DNA of 64,000 bases. Origin: Candidatus Latescibacterota bacterium (GTDB lineage: Bacteria; Latescibacterota; UBA2968; UBA8231). Each line of letters starts with the position of its first letter. Position 1 is the first letter of the stretch. The notes below the pieces were generated by a model, which searched no databases, was not told the DNA's origin, and saw only the letters and a list, made by a program, of their open reading frames with translations. Of this stretch, positions 55,588-64,000 are shown one piece after another. Made by a program: the position numbers and the translations under genes. Where the stretch lies: contig CBDCSU010000005.1 in NCBI GenBank assembly GCA_965221775.1, positions 128,001 through 192,000 on the forward strand, written 5' to 3'.

Positions 55588-57126
55588 GTGAACCCTCGTC
55601 CTGGAGCTCCCATGGTCACTCACCGGGTGCGGACGCACCTCGAAGGTCAAATCCTGCCGCCCCAGGAGCAGCTGGCCTGGAAGATCGCCGCCATGGCCGC
55701 CGCCGCACCGGCGGCGCCGGAGGATGCCGCCGAGATGGTCGGCAACCGGATCATCGACAACGCCGCCGTCGCCGCCGCCGCCTTCGACCGCGGCCCCGTG
55801 CGCCACGCCCGCCTCCTCGCCCTCGGCTACCCCCACCCCAAGGGCCGGGGTGCCAGCCTCTGCGGCCTGCCGCCGGAACGCAACGTCCACTGCGAGTGGG
55901 CCGCCCTGGCCAACGGCGTGGCCGTGCGCGAGCTCGACTTCCACGACTGCTTCCTCGCCGCCGACTACTCCCATCCCGCCGACACCATCCCCGGCGTCCT
56001 GGCCGCCGCCCAGCAGACGGGCCGCGGCGGCGCCGACCTGGTGCGCGGCATCCTGGCGGCCTACGAGACCCAGATCTCCCTGGTGCGGAGCGTCTGCCTG
56101 CACGAGCACAAGATCGACCACGTGGCCCACCTCGCCCCCGCCGTCGCCGCCGGCGTCGGCGCCCTGCTGAAGCTGCCGGTGGAGACGATCTTCCAGGCCG
56201 TGAACCAGGCCGTTCATCTCGGGTGCTCGACCCGGCAGTCGCGCAAGGGGGACATCACGAGCTGGAAGGCGTATGCCCCCGGCCAGTCCGGCAAGACCGC
56301 CCTGGAGGCGGTGGGCCGCTCTCTCCTCGGCGAGCGCGCGCCGTCGCCGATCTACGAGGGCCGCGACGGCGTCATCGCCTGGCTCCTCTCCGGTCCCGAC
56401 GCCGAGTACGAGGTCTCCCTGCCGCCGCCGGGTGAGCCCCTTCGGGCGATCCTCGACTCCTACACCAAGGAGCACTCCGCCGAGTACCAGGCCCAGGCCC
56501 TGATCGACATCGGCTTCGCCCTCCACGCCCGCGGCCTCGACCTCGAAGCCGTGCGCGAGGTGGTGGTGCGCACCAGCCACCACACCCATTTCGTCATCGG
56601 CACGGGGTCCGGAGACCCGGAGAAGATGGAGCCTTCCGCCTCGCGGGAAACCCTCGACCACAGCGCCATGTACATCCTCACCGTGGCCTGGGAGGACGGC
56701 CGCTGGCACCACGTCGACTCGTACACGCCGGAGCGGGCGAGCCGCCCTTCCACGGTCTCTCTGTGGCGGAAGGTGCGCACCGAGGAGGTGGAGGAGTGGA
56801 CCCGGGCCTACCACGAGTCCGACTTCCGGCGGCGGAAGTTCGGCGCCGAGGTGGTGGTGCGCATGGCCGATGGTTCCGAGGTGGCGGAGCGTCTCGACAA
56901 CCCCAACGCCCACTCCCTGGGAGCGCGCCCCTTCGAGCGCCCGGACTATATCGGCAAGCTGCGGTCGCTCACGGAAGGACTCGCCGACCCGGAGGAGATC
57001 GAACGCTTCCTGGGGCTGGTGGACCGGCTTCCGGAACTGGATCCGGAGGAGGTGCGGCGGCTCAACCTGACCCTGCGGGAGGGCCGGGAGGAGGAGGGGC
57101 TGGAGCGCGTCGGGATCCTGGCCTGA
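55588..57126 (+). CDS. prpD: MmgE/PrpD-family protein (2-methylcitrate dehydratase-like)
   Basis: ANGVAVRELDFHD..LAADYSHP, HKIDHVAH, RQSRKGDITSWK, YTKEHSAEYQAQA, SRETLDHS; start may be ATG 55612. Confidence 0.82.
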   Translation: MNPRPGAPMVTHRVRTHLEGQILPPQEQLAWKIAAMAAAAPAAPEDAAEMVGNRIIDNAAVAAAAFDRGPVRHARLLALGYPHPKGRGASLCGLPPERNVHCEWAALANGVAVRELDFHDCFLAADYSHPADTIPGVLAAAQQTGRGGADLVRGILAAYETQISLVRSVCLHEHKIDHVAHLAPAVAAGVGALLKLPVETIFQAVNQAVHLGCSTRQSRKGDITSWKAYAPGQSGKTALEAVGRSLLGERAPSPIYEGRDGVIAWLLSGPDAEYEVSLPPPGEPLRAILDSYTKEHSAEYQAQALIDIGFALHARGLDLEAVREVVVRTSHHTHFVIGTGSGDPEKMEPSASRETLDHSAMYILTVAWEDGRWHHVDSYTPERASRPSTVSLWRKVRTEEVEEWTRAYHESDFRRRKFGAEVVVRMADGSEVAERLDNPNAHSLGARPFERPDYIGKLRSLTEGLADPEEIERFLGLVDRLPELDPEEVRRLNLTLREGREEEGLERVGILA

Positions 57127-57137
57127 ACCGGGAGGTC

Positions 57138-57941
57138 TCAGCTCCGGCGCAGCAGCTCCTCCCAGGTGTCGGCGGCTTCCCAGCCGAGCAGGCGGCGGGC
57201 CTTGTCGACACGGTACTTGCCGTGGGGCTGGCGGGCGCAGATGAGGAAGACCTCGTGGGGAGAGGGCATGGCCGGGGCCCGGAGGCCGTGGAGCATGGCC
57301 CGGCCCGTGTCCTCCCAGGAGACGGTGAAGGGCCCGACACCCCGCCCGCGCTCCTCGGGCAGGACCTGGCGCGGCCGGAAGAGGCAGTAGAGGAAGGTCA
57401 GGGTCTCCACCCCGCGCCCCTCGGCGAAGACCCGGGTGATCTCGCCCCCCAGGTATTTGGTCAGCGCGTAGAGGTCGTCCCCTGGATGCAGGGGGATCTC
57501 GTCCGGCACGTCGTGGTCGTGCCAGGAGTCGGCGGCGTGGTGGAGGGCGACGTGGAAGGGCCCGGTGTGGATCAGCCGCTCGAGCCCGCACTCGGCGGCG
57601 GCCCGGGCCACGTGGAAGGCGCCCACGGTGTTGACGGTGAAGGCCTTCTCGGGGTGGTCCCGAATGACGGTGACGTCGATCGCCGCGTCCATCCCGCGGC
57701 AGGCCTCCAGGACCTGGTCGTAGCGGGTGACGTCCACGACCCTGCGCTCGTGGGGCGCCGGCAGAAGCGGGGGCAGGGGCGCCCTCGCGCTCTGCCGCCG
57801 CTCCTCGGCCACGATCCGGTCGAGGGGCTCGAGATCGGTGCAGCGCAGCGTGTAGTGGTCCTTCAGGGCCTCCATCGTCGTGGCGCCCACCGGGCCGCCG
57901 GCCCCGAAGATCACCACCCTCCCGCCGTCGACTGCGGCCAC
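57138..57941 (-). CDS. NAD-dependent epimerase/dehydratase family protein
   Basis: VVIFGAGGPVG, YALTK (YxxxK), ARRLLGW; GTG start after GGAGG. Confidence 0.8.
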   Translation of the reverse strand: MAAVDGGRVVIFGAGGPVGATTMEALKDHYTLRCTDLEPLDRIVAEERRQSARAPLPPLLPAPHERRVVDVTRYDQVLEACRGMDAAIDVTVIRDHPEKAFTVNTVGAFHVARAAAECGLERLIHTGPFHVALHHAADSWHDHDVPDEIPLHPGDDLYALTKYLGGEITRVFAEGRGVETLTFLYCLFRPRQVLPEERGRGVGPFTVSWEDTGRAMLHGLRAPAMPSPHEVFLICARQPHGKYRVDKARRLLGWEAADTWEELLRRS

Positions 57942-57945
57942 CGCG

Positions 57946-58598
57946 TCAGCTCCCTCCGGCGAAAGGTCCGCCGGTGAGGACGTGGTCCACCTGCCAGGAG
58001 TAGCCTCCGGCACCGGCTTCGCTCCGCAGGGCCGCCGAGACGGCCGTCGCCGCGTCCCCGGAAGAGGTGCCTTCAGGGTCGTCGAGGTCCCCCATGCGCA
58101 GGCAGCACACCTCGATGGCGCCCGTGCGGGCGATTTCGCGGCAGACGAGTTCCGCCAGGTACGGCGCCAGAGACTCGGCGTCGGCGCGCGGCCGGGGACG
58201 CCACCACGGTTCGACGAGGTAATCCGCCGGGTAGTCGTGCATGAGCGAGATGGGACTGACGAGGACGATGCGGCCGACCCCGCCTCGCGGGCGGTCTGCA
58301 CGAGGACGTAGGTGCCGCGGCCCAGAACGTCGAGCAACTCCGCCTCCGGCGCGGCACCCTCCCCCGCGGACGGACCATGGGGCTGGGCGTGGACGACGGC
58401 CGCGGCGCCCTGCAGGGCCTCGCGGGCGGCCTCGGGGAGGCGCAGGTCGGCGGCCCGGTAGTCCATCGCTCCACCGAGATCGGTCCCGGGAGCCGGGCTC
58501 TGCCCGATGGCGATGACCTCCCCGGCAGCGGACAGGCCCCGGCAGAGGGCCGCCCCCGTGGGCCGGTCGGCCCCGGTGACGGCGACGGGGCCGGTCAC
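57946..58598 (-). pseudogene. Epimerase-like gene with a single-base frameshift (pseudogene or sequencing error)
   Basis: The N-terminal part VAVTGAD...GTYVLVQTAREAG continues in another frame as (V)GRIVLVSPISLMHDYP...YLAELVCREIAR...CLRMG. Adding one base to the C4 run at 58278-58281 restores a single ORF. Confidence 0.75.
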
Positions 58599-59413
58599 CA
58601 CGACAGCTTGGAGGTCAGGTTGTGGAAGAAGTAGCTCGGCTCGAAGTAGATCAGCCGCGCCGTGCGCTCCGAGGAGCCGATCTCCACGTCGTCTCCGGGG
58701 GCGAGCTCCGCCAGGCGCCGGCCGTCGGCGGTGAGCAGGACCTCGGGCTCCCGGGTCTCGGGGCTCACGTGCAGACGCACCCGCGCCTCGGGCCGCAGGA
58801 TCAGCGACCGCGAGGTGAAGTTGTACTCGTTGATCCCGTCGAGCACGAGACAGCGGACCTCGGGAGTCACGATGGGGGCGCCCGTGGCCAGCAGGAAGCC
58901 GGTGCTGCCCGTGGGGGTGCCGACGACGACGCCGTCCCCGCAGATCGTCCGGATCTTCGAGCCGTCCACGAAGACGTCGATGAAGACGAGACGGTTGCTG
59001 CTGCGTACCAGCACCTCGTTCACGGCGCGCACCTCGCCGCCGGGGTAGCGGCAGGTGAGGGCGAGGCGCTCGCTGAGGATGTAGTCACCGGCCACCAGGC
59101 GGCCGAGGATTCGTTCCAGGTCGGAGCGGTCGCCGGCGGTGAGAAAGCCCACGGTGCCGTAGTTGATGGCCAGCACCGGGGCCTCCGGACAGAGGTCCAG
59201 GGCGCGCAGGACGGTGCCGTCCCCGCCCATGGCCATCACCAGGTCGAGGTCTTCAGGAGGCGGTGCTCCGTCCTCGAGGACGCACAACTCGATGCCGTGC
59301 CCGTCAAGGAGGCGGCGCATCTCGTCGAGGGGAAAGGGCTGTCCCTCGTCGCGCAGGAGGGCGCCGATCCTGCGGAGGGAGGGCACCCCGGCCGGTCCCA
59401 TCCTATCCGGCAC
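58595..59413 (-). CDS. nadK: NAD kinase family protein
   Basis: GGDGT, INYGTVGFL, NE, GDGVVVGTPTGST, DG, FF..L..KL.W. Confidence 0.85.
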   Translation of the reverse strand: MPDRMGPAGVPSLRRIGALLRDEGQPFPLDEMRRLLDGHGIELCVLEDGAPPPEDLDLVMAMGGDGTVLRALDLCPEAPVLAINYGTVGFLTAGDRSDLERILGRLVAGDYILSERLALTCRYPGGEVRAVNEVLVRSSNRLVFIDVFVDGSKIRTICGDGVVVGTPTGSTGFLLATGAPIVTPEVRCLVLDGINEYNFTSRSLILRPEARVRLHVSPETREPEVLLTADGRRLAELAPGDDVEIGSSERTARLIYFEPSYFFHNLTSKLSW

Positions 59414-60314
59414 GCGCCTCCGTGCCGGCCTGGGCCTCGTACGCCTTGATCAGCGCCTGGGTGCCTTCGTCGGCGCCGCCGAGGCGCTCGACGATGTTGA
59501 AGTACTGGTGGGCGATGCTCGTACCCGGCAGGGCCAGCTTGACATCGTTGGCCGCCTCGAGGACGAGCTTGAGGTCCTTCTGCTGCAAGCGCACCATGAA
59601 CCCGGGCTCGAAATCCCCCTTGAGGATCCGCGGGCCCAGATTGGTCATCTGCCACGAACCCGCGGCGCCGCCGGAGATGGCGTCGAGGACCTTCTGCACG
59701 TCCATGTCGGAGGCCGCCGCCAGCATGAGGGCCTCGGCCATGGCCAGGTTGGCGCAGGCCACGGCGATCTGGTTGCAGGCCTTGGTCGTCTGACCGGCGC
59801 CGCTGCCGCCGATGAGGTTGATGTTCTTTCCCATGGCCTCGAAGACGGGCCGACAGTCGTCGAAGACGGCCTGCTCGCCCCCTACCATGATCGACAGCGT
59901 CCCCTGCCGGGCGCCCACGTCGCCGCCGCTCACCGGCGCGTCGAGCATGCGCACGCCCGACTCCTTGAGGCGCGCGGAGATCTCGCGGGTGACGCGGGGC
60001 GAGATGGTGCTCATGTCGATGACGGTGGCTCCCCTGCGGGCACCGTGGACGACGCCGTCCTCGCCGAGGATCACCGCCTCCACGTCGGGCGTGTCGGTGA
60101 CGATGGTGATGATCACGTCGCTGCCTTCGGCCGCCTCCCTCGGGGAGGCCGCACGGCGGCCGCCGGCCTCGACCACCTCCCGCACGCCGGGGCGGTCCGA
60201 GCGGTTGTAGACCTTCAGCGAAAACCCGGCCTTCATGAGATTCAGGGCCATGGGGGCTCCCATGATCCCGAGACCGACGAAGCCGATGCGCGTCTCTGCG
60301 GGTGTGGCTGGCAT
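59403..60314 (-). CDS. Beta-hydroxyacid dehydrogenase (2-hydroxy-3-oxopropionate reductase / 3-hydroxyisobutyrate dehydrogenase family)
   Basis: IGFVGLGIMGAPMA, DMSTISP, DAPVSGG, GAGQTTKACNQ, PGF...LQQKDL. Confidence 0.9.
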   Translation of the reverse strand: MPATPAETRIGFVGLGIMGAPMALNLMKAGFSLKVYNRSDRPGVREVVEAGGRRAASPREAAEGSDVIITIVTDTPDVEAVILGEDGVVHGARRGATVIDMSTISPRVTREISARLKESGVRMLDAPVSGGDVGARQGTLSIMVGGEQAVFDDCRPVFEAMGKNINLIGGSGAGQTTKACNQIAVACANLAMAEALMLAAASDMDVQKVLDAISGGAAGSWQMTNLGPRILKGDFEPGFMVRLQQKDLKLVLEAANDVKLALPGTSIAHQYFNIVERLGGADEGTQALIKAYEAQAGTEARAG

Positions 60315-60334
60315 GACCAAGTGCTCTCCTGGGG

Positions 60335-62152
60335 TCAGAAGTTCGAGTAGAACTGGTGGCGGTTGTCCTCGATGTCGGCATTCTCGTAGATCTGCGCATA
60401 CCACACCTGCAGCGACTCGGCGCGGCGCGTCTGCAGCAGCTCCGCCTCGACCCCGGCCCGCTCCTCCTCGAAGGCGGCCTCGTCGATGGCGGTCTTCCCG
60501 GTCAGGTGCAGGAGGTAGGCGCCGTTGCCCTGAACCACGACGCCGCTCACCTGGCCGGCCTCCAGGGCGAAGGCGGCGCCGGCGAACTCGCCGCCCCGGC
60601 CGACACCGGGGACGAAGTCCATTCTCGCGAAGGGCCCGCCGGTGCGGACCTCCAGTCCCGCGGCGGCCACGGCGTCGGCAAAGTCCTGCCCCGCCTCCAC
60701 CGCCTCCTTCACCGGGAGCAGCTTCTCGCCGGCGATCCCGGAGCGCTTGAGGCGCCGCACCGACGACTCCAGCTGCGGCCGGACCTCCTCGAGAGGGAGG
60801 AGGCCCTCGGCCCGTCGCCCGGTGAGCTCGGCCACGAAGTACCCCGCCTCGGTGCTGCCCACGGGGCTCTGCTCGCCGACCTCGCTGTCGAAGAGCCGCC
60901 CCACGACCCAGCCCGTGCCGCCGCCTGTCACGCTCGGAAGCGACCCCCCGCGGCCGATCCAGCCGGCCTCGCGGACCTCCAGCCCCTCGCTGAGCGCCGC
61001 CTGGCGCAACCCGCCCTCGGCCGCAGCGGCCGCCAGGGCCTCGGCCCGCTCGAGGATCTCGTCTTCCGTCTGCGGCGAGGCCCGGTACTTGAGCAGGAGG
61101 TGGCGGGCCCGGACCCGCTCCTCCTCGCCGGGCTCGGCGGCAGGGCGCTCCTCTAGCTTGATGAGGTGCCAGCCGTAGGTGGTCTGCACCGGCTGCGAGA
61201 CCTCGCCCGGGGCCAGGGCGAAGGCCGCCTCCTCGAACTCGGGTACCATGGAGCCGCGGCCGAAGAGACCGAGGTCGCCGCCGTTCTCCGCGGTGCCCTC
61301 GTCGTCCGACATGGCCGACGCCATGTCGCCGAAGTCGGCCCCCGCCTCGACGATCTCGCGGCGCAGGCGAAGGATCTCCTCGGCCACCTCGGCCGAGTCC
61401 GCGGCGCTCGGCTGGCGGGGCATGAGCACGTAGATCACCTCGATCTGCTCGGGGTGCCGGAAGTCGGACTCGCGCTCCTCGTACCGGGCCCGCAGGTCCT
61501 CGTCGGTCACCGCCACGCCGACGGCCGGGACCGTCGACACCGGCACGAAGGCGTACTCGACGGTGGCCTTCTCGTTGCGGTCCTCGTAGTGCCGGCGGAC
61601 CTCCTGGGGGGTGACGCGGGCCGTCTCGGCCAGCAGCCCCTGCAGGCGCCGGGCGATCAGCTGCTGGTGGATCATCCGCTCCACCTGGGCGATGAAGGGG
61701 CGCTGCTCCCGCACCGTGGTCTCGTCGCTGAAGATCTGCTGGTAGAGCTCGAGGTCGAACTCGCCGTCGCGCTGGAAGGCGGACAGTTCCCGAACCACGT
61801 CGGGCGGCGAGTTCCTCGCGTAGAAAGCGAGCTCCTCGTCGGTGATCTCGATGCCCAGGCGGTCGACCTCCTGGCGCAGCAGGACCTCCGAGACCAGGGC
61901 CTGCCAGACCTCGCCCACCAGCTGACCGGTCTCCCCCCCCTCCTGCCGGCGCAGGCGCGCCGCGTTCTGCAGCGCCTGCTGGAAGAGGCGGTACGAGACC
62001 TGCTCCCCGTTGATGGAGCCCACCACGTCCGTGCCCCGCCCGGTGGACGTGCCGGAGTAGTCGGCTCCCCATTCCACGACGATCAGACCGACAAAGGCGA
62101 GAATCACGAACCACATGATGATGCCCGTGCGCTCTCGCAGTTTCGTCATCAT
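60335..62152 (-). CDS. PpiD-like membrane-anchored periplasmic chaperone/PPIase
   Basis: MMTKLRE followed by an N-terminal TM, SurA-N-like region, rotamase NGGDLG.FGRGSMVPEFEEAAF...PVQTTYGWHLIK, C-terminal ADIEDNR. Confidence 0.88.
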   Translation of the reverse strand: MMTKLRERTGIIMWFVILAFVGLIVVEWGADYSGTSTGRGTDVVGSINGEQVSYRLFQQALQNAARLRRQEGGETGQLVGEVWQALVSEVLLRQEVDRLGIEITDEELAFYARNSPPDVVRELSAFQRDGEFDLELYQQIFSDETTVREQRPFIAQVERMIHQQLIARRLQGLLAETARVTPQEVRRHYEDRNEKATVEYAFVPVSTVPAVGVAVTDEDLRARYEERESDFRHPEQIEVIYVLMPRQPSAADSAEVAEEILRLRREIVEAGADFGDMASAMSDDEGTAENGGDLGLFGRGSMVPEFEEAAFALAPGEVSQPVQTTYGWHLIKLEERPAAEPGEEERVRARHLLLKYRASPQTEDEILERAEALAAAAAEGGLRQAALSEGLEVREAGWIGRGGSLPSVTGGGTGWVVGRLFDSEVGEQSPVGSTEAGYFVAELTGRRAEGLLPLEEVRPQLESSVRRLKRSGIAGEKLLPVKEAVEAGQDFADAVAAAGLEVRTGGPFARMDFVPGVGRGGEFAGAAFALEAGQVSGVVVQGNGAYLLHLTGKTAIDEAAFEEERAGVEAELLQTRRAESLQVWYAQIYENADIEDNRHQFYSNF

Positions 62153-62158
62153 TTTGCG

Positions 62159-63181
62159 TCAGCTCTCCTGGTGGGCGCCCACCCTGGCCGGGCCTGGCGC
62201 CGGGTCTCTCATCAGGCAGGCCACGCGCCGCCCGTCTCCGGGATCGACGAGGCCGGGCACTTCGCGGCGGCAGCGGTCGCGCGCCTCGGGACAGCGGGGG
62301 TGGAAGGCGCAGCCCCCGGGCACGCGGGCGGGGCTGGGGACATCGCCGCCCAGCACCATCCGCTGCCGGCGGGCGGCCGGGTCCGGCACCGGCACGGCGG
62401 CCATCAGCGCCCGCGTATAGGGATGGCTCGGCGAGCCGAACAACTGGTCCCTGGTGGCAAGCTCCACGATTCGTCCCAGGTACATCACGGCCACGCGGTC
62501 GGCGACATGCCGGATGACGCCGAGGTCGTGGGCGATGAAGAGGTACGTGAGCCCGAGATCGCGCTGGATGTCCTGGAGCAGGTTCACGATCTGCCCCTGC
62601 ACGGAGACATCGAGGGCGGAGACCGGCTCGTCGGCGACGATGAAGGCCGGGCTCACGGCCAGGGCCCGGGCGATGCCTATCCGTTGCCGCTGACCCCCGC
62701 TGAACTCGTGCGGGTACCGGGAGGCGGCGCCGGCCGGCAGGCCGACCATCTCCAGAAGCTCGGCCACCCGTTCGGACATCCGGCCTTCCAAGAGCCCGTG
62801 GATCCGGAGCCCCTCTCCGAGAAGGGTGCGCACACGCATTCTCGGATTCAGCGAGCTGTACGGATCCTGGAACACCATCTGCATGTGCCGCCGCAGCGAC
62901 CGCAACTCGCGGCCGTCGAGGTCGGCGAGGTTGCGGCCCTGAAAGTACGCCGCCCCCGAGGTGGCGTCGAGGAGCCGCAGGATCAGCCGGCCGAGGGTTG
63001 TCTTGCCGCAGCCGCTCTCGCCGACGACGCCCAGGGTCTCCCCGGTCCACACCTGCAGGGAGACGTCGTCCACCGCGCGCACCCAGCCGCGGACCCGGCC
63101 CCAGGCCCCGCGGCGGACCGGGAAGTACTTGCTCAGGCCGCGGGTCTCGACAATCGGCTTCACCGCCTCAGACGGATGCAT
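62159..63181 (-). CDS. Oligopeptide/dipeptide ABC transporter ATPase (OppF-like)
   Basis: [52 protein letters not shown]. Confidence 0.93.
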   Translation of the reverse strand: MHPSEAVKPIVETRGLSKYFPVRRGAWGRVRGWVRAVDDVSLQVWTGETLGVVGESGCGKTTLGRLILRLLDATSGAAYFQGRNLADLDGRELRSLRRHMQMVFQDPYSSLNPRMRVRTLLGEGLRIHGLLEGRMSERVAELLEMVGLPAGAASRYPHEFSGGQRQRIGIARALAVSPAFIVADEPVSALDVSVQGQIVNLLQDIQRDLGLTYLFIAHDLGVIRHVADRVAVMYLGRIVELATRDQLFGSPSHPYTRALMAAVPVPDPAARRQRMVLGGDVPSPARVPGGCAFHPRCPEARDRCRREVPGLVDPGDGRRVACLMRDPAPGPARVGAHQES

Positions 63182-64000
63182 CCCACCTCCAGCAGGCGGC
63201 GCCGTGGCCCGGGCCGACCTCCTCCAGGGGCGGGGACTCACCGCGGCAGCGGTCCTCCGCCAGGGGGCACCGGGGGTGGAAGCGGCAGCCCGAGGGGAAA
63301 TCGGTGGCCTCGGGGACGCGGCCGGGGATGACCTCCAGGCGGTTCAGGGGACCCTCGAGCTGCGGGACCGAGCGCAGCAGCCCCCTCGTGTACGGATGCC
63401 GCGGGTCGGCGAAGAGCCGCGCCGTCTCCGCCGTCTCCACGATGCGCCCCGCGTACATCACCGCCACCCTGTCGGCGGTCTCGGCCACGACGCCGAGATC
63501 GTGGGTGATGAGCAGGACGGCCATGTGGAACTCGGCCTGCAGCCGTTGCAGCAGGTCCAGGATCTGGGCCTGGGTGGTCACGTCGAGGGCCGTGGTCGGC
63601 TCGTCGGCGATGAGCACGTCGGGGGCGCAGGACAGGGCCATGGCGATCATGACCCGCTGCCGCATTCCGCCGCTGAGCTGGTGCGGGTACTCGTCGACGC
63701 GCTGCTCCGGAGCCGGGATGCCGACCCTCCGCATCATGTCGATGGCCCGCTCCCGCGCCTGCTGCCGGCCCGCGTCCCGGTGACGGCGGACGGCCTCGGC
63801 GATCTGGTCGCCGCAGGTCAGGACCGGATTGAGGCTGGTCATCGGCTCCTGGAAGATCATGGCGATCTCGTTGCCCCGGACGCGGCGCATCTCCTCCTCC
63901 TCCAGGTCGAGGAGATCGCGCCCCCGGAGCCGGACCCGGCCCCCCTCGATCCGGCCCGGGGAGGAGACCAGCCGCAGCACGGACAGGGCGGCGAGGCTCT
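63168..64000 (-). CDS. Oligopeptide/dipeptide ABC transporter ATPase (OppD-like), 5' end beyond the window
   Basis: [45 protein letters not shown]; frame open to the window end (..[10 protein letters not shown]). Confidence 0.93.
   Translation of the reverse strand, partial: SLAALSVLRLVSSPGRIEGGRVRLRGRDLLDLEEEEMRRVRGNEIAMIFQEPMTSLNPVLTCGDQIAEAVRRHRDAGRQQARERAIDMMRRVGIPAPEQRVDEYPHQLSGGMRQRVMIAMALSCAPDVLIADEPTTALDVTTQAQILDLLQRLQAEFHMAVLLITHDLGVVAETADRVAVMYAGRIVETAETARLFADPRHPYTRGLLRSVPQLEGPLNRLEVIPGRVPEATDFPSGCRFHPRCPLAEDRCRGESPPLEEVGPGHGAACWRWDASV

Noticed and set aside
59403-63050. 1215-aa ORF
   Set aside because: Only the final 303 aa (beta-hydroxyacid dehydrogenase) are real; the rest is an off-frame reading of the PpiD-like and OppF-like genes.

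Overview
Very GC-rich bacterial chromosome segment. I found no rRNA, tRNA, CRISPR array or transposase. The gene repertoire (FlgD-Ig-tailed secreted proteins, C-terminal SWGxxK motif, DUF6785-like transporter, CRTAC1/ASPIC protein, BMC shell genes) resembles Latescibacterota-like FCB-group bacteria; this assignment is inference. From left to right: (1) the 5' part of a bacterial microcompartment operon (ispH, three pentamer genes, a tandem-domain shell gene, a hexamer gene and an encapsulation-peptide-bearing EutE/PduP aldehyde dehydrogenase cut by the window edge); (2) queC, a dimethylformamidase-like gene, queF and a DUF5343-like gene; (3) an ilvC-leuA-leuC-leuD-leuB-cimA-argJ-aminotransferase-accA run, preceded by a near-consensus sigma70 promoter and an uncalled 44-aa Leu/Ile-rich leader peptide; (4) assorted catabolic and hydrolase genes plus a candidate ~340-nt sRNA; (5) the most interesting region, a 16.4-kb cell-envelope locus (31171-47613). 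It encodes three paralogous secreted proteins with hybrid T9SS type-B-like/FlgD-Ig C-termini, two paralogous ~950-aa putative outer-membrane proteins with Asp/Asn-rich Ca-binding-like motifs, a PPIase lipoprotein, and two tandem-duplicated CBM9-like proteins with a predicted His1 and an SWGQVK tail. It is a candidate undescribed surface secretion/display or glycan-capture system; (6) oxidoreductase, phosphoesterase, transporter, GT-C, prpD-like, epimerase (one frameshifted), nadK, PpiD-like and oligopeptide ABC ATPase genes. Many long ORFs in the supplied track are GC-rich shadow ORFs or have over-extended starts, so starts were re-picked by eye.
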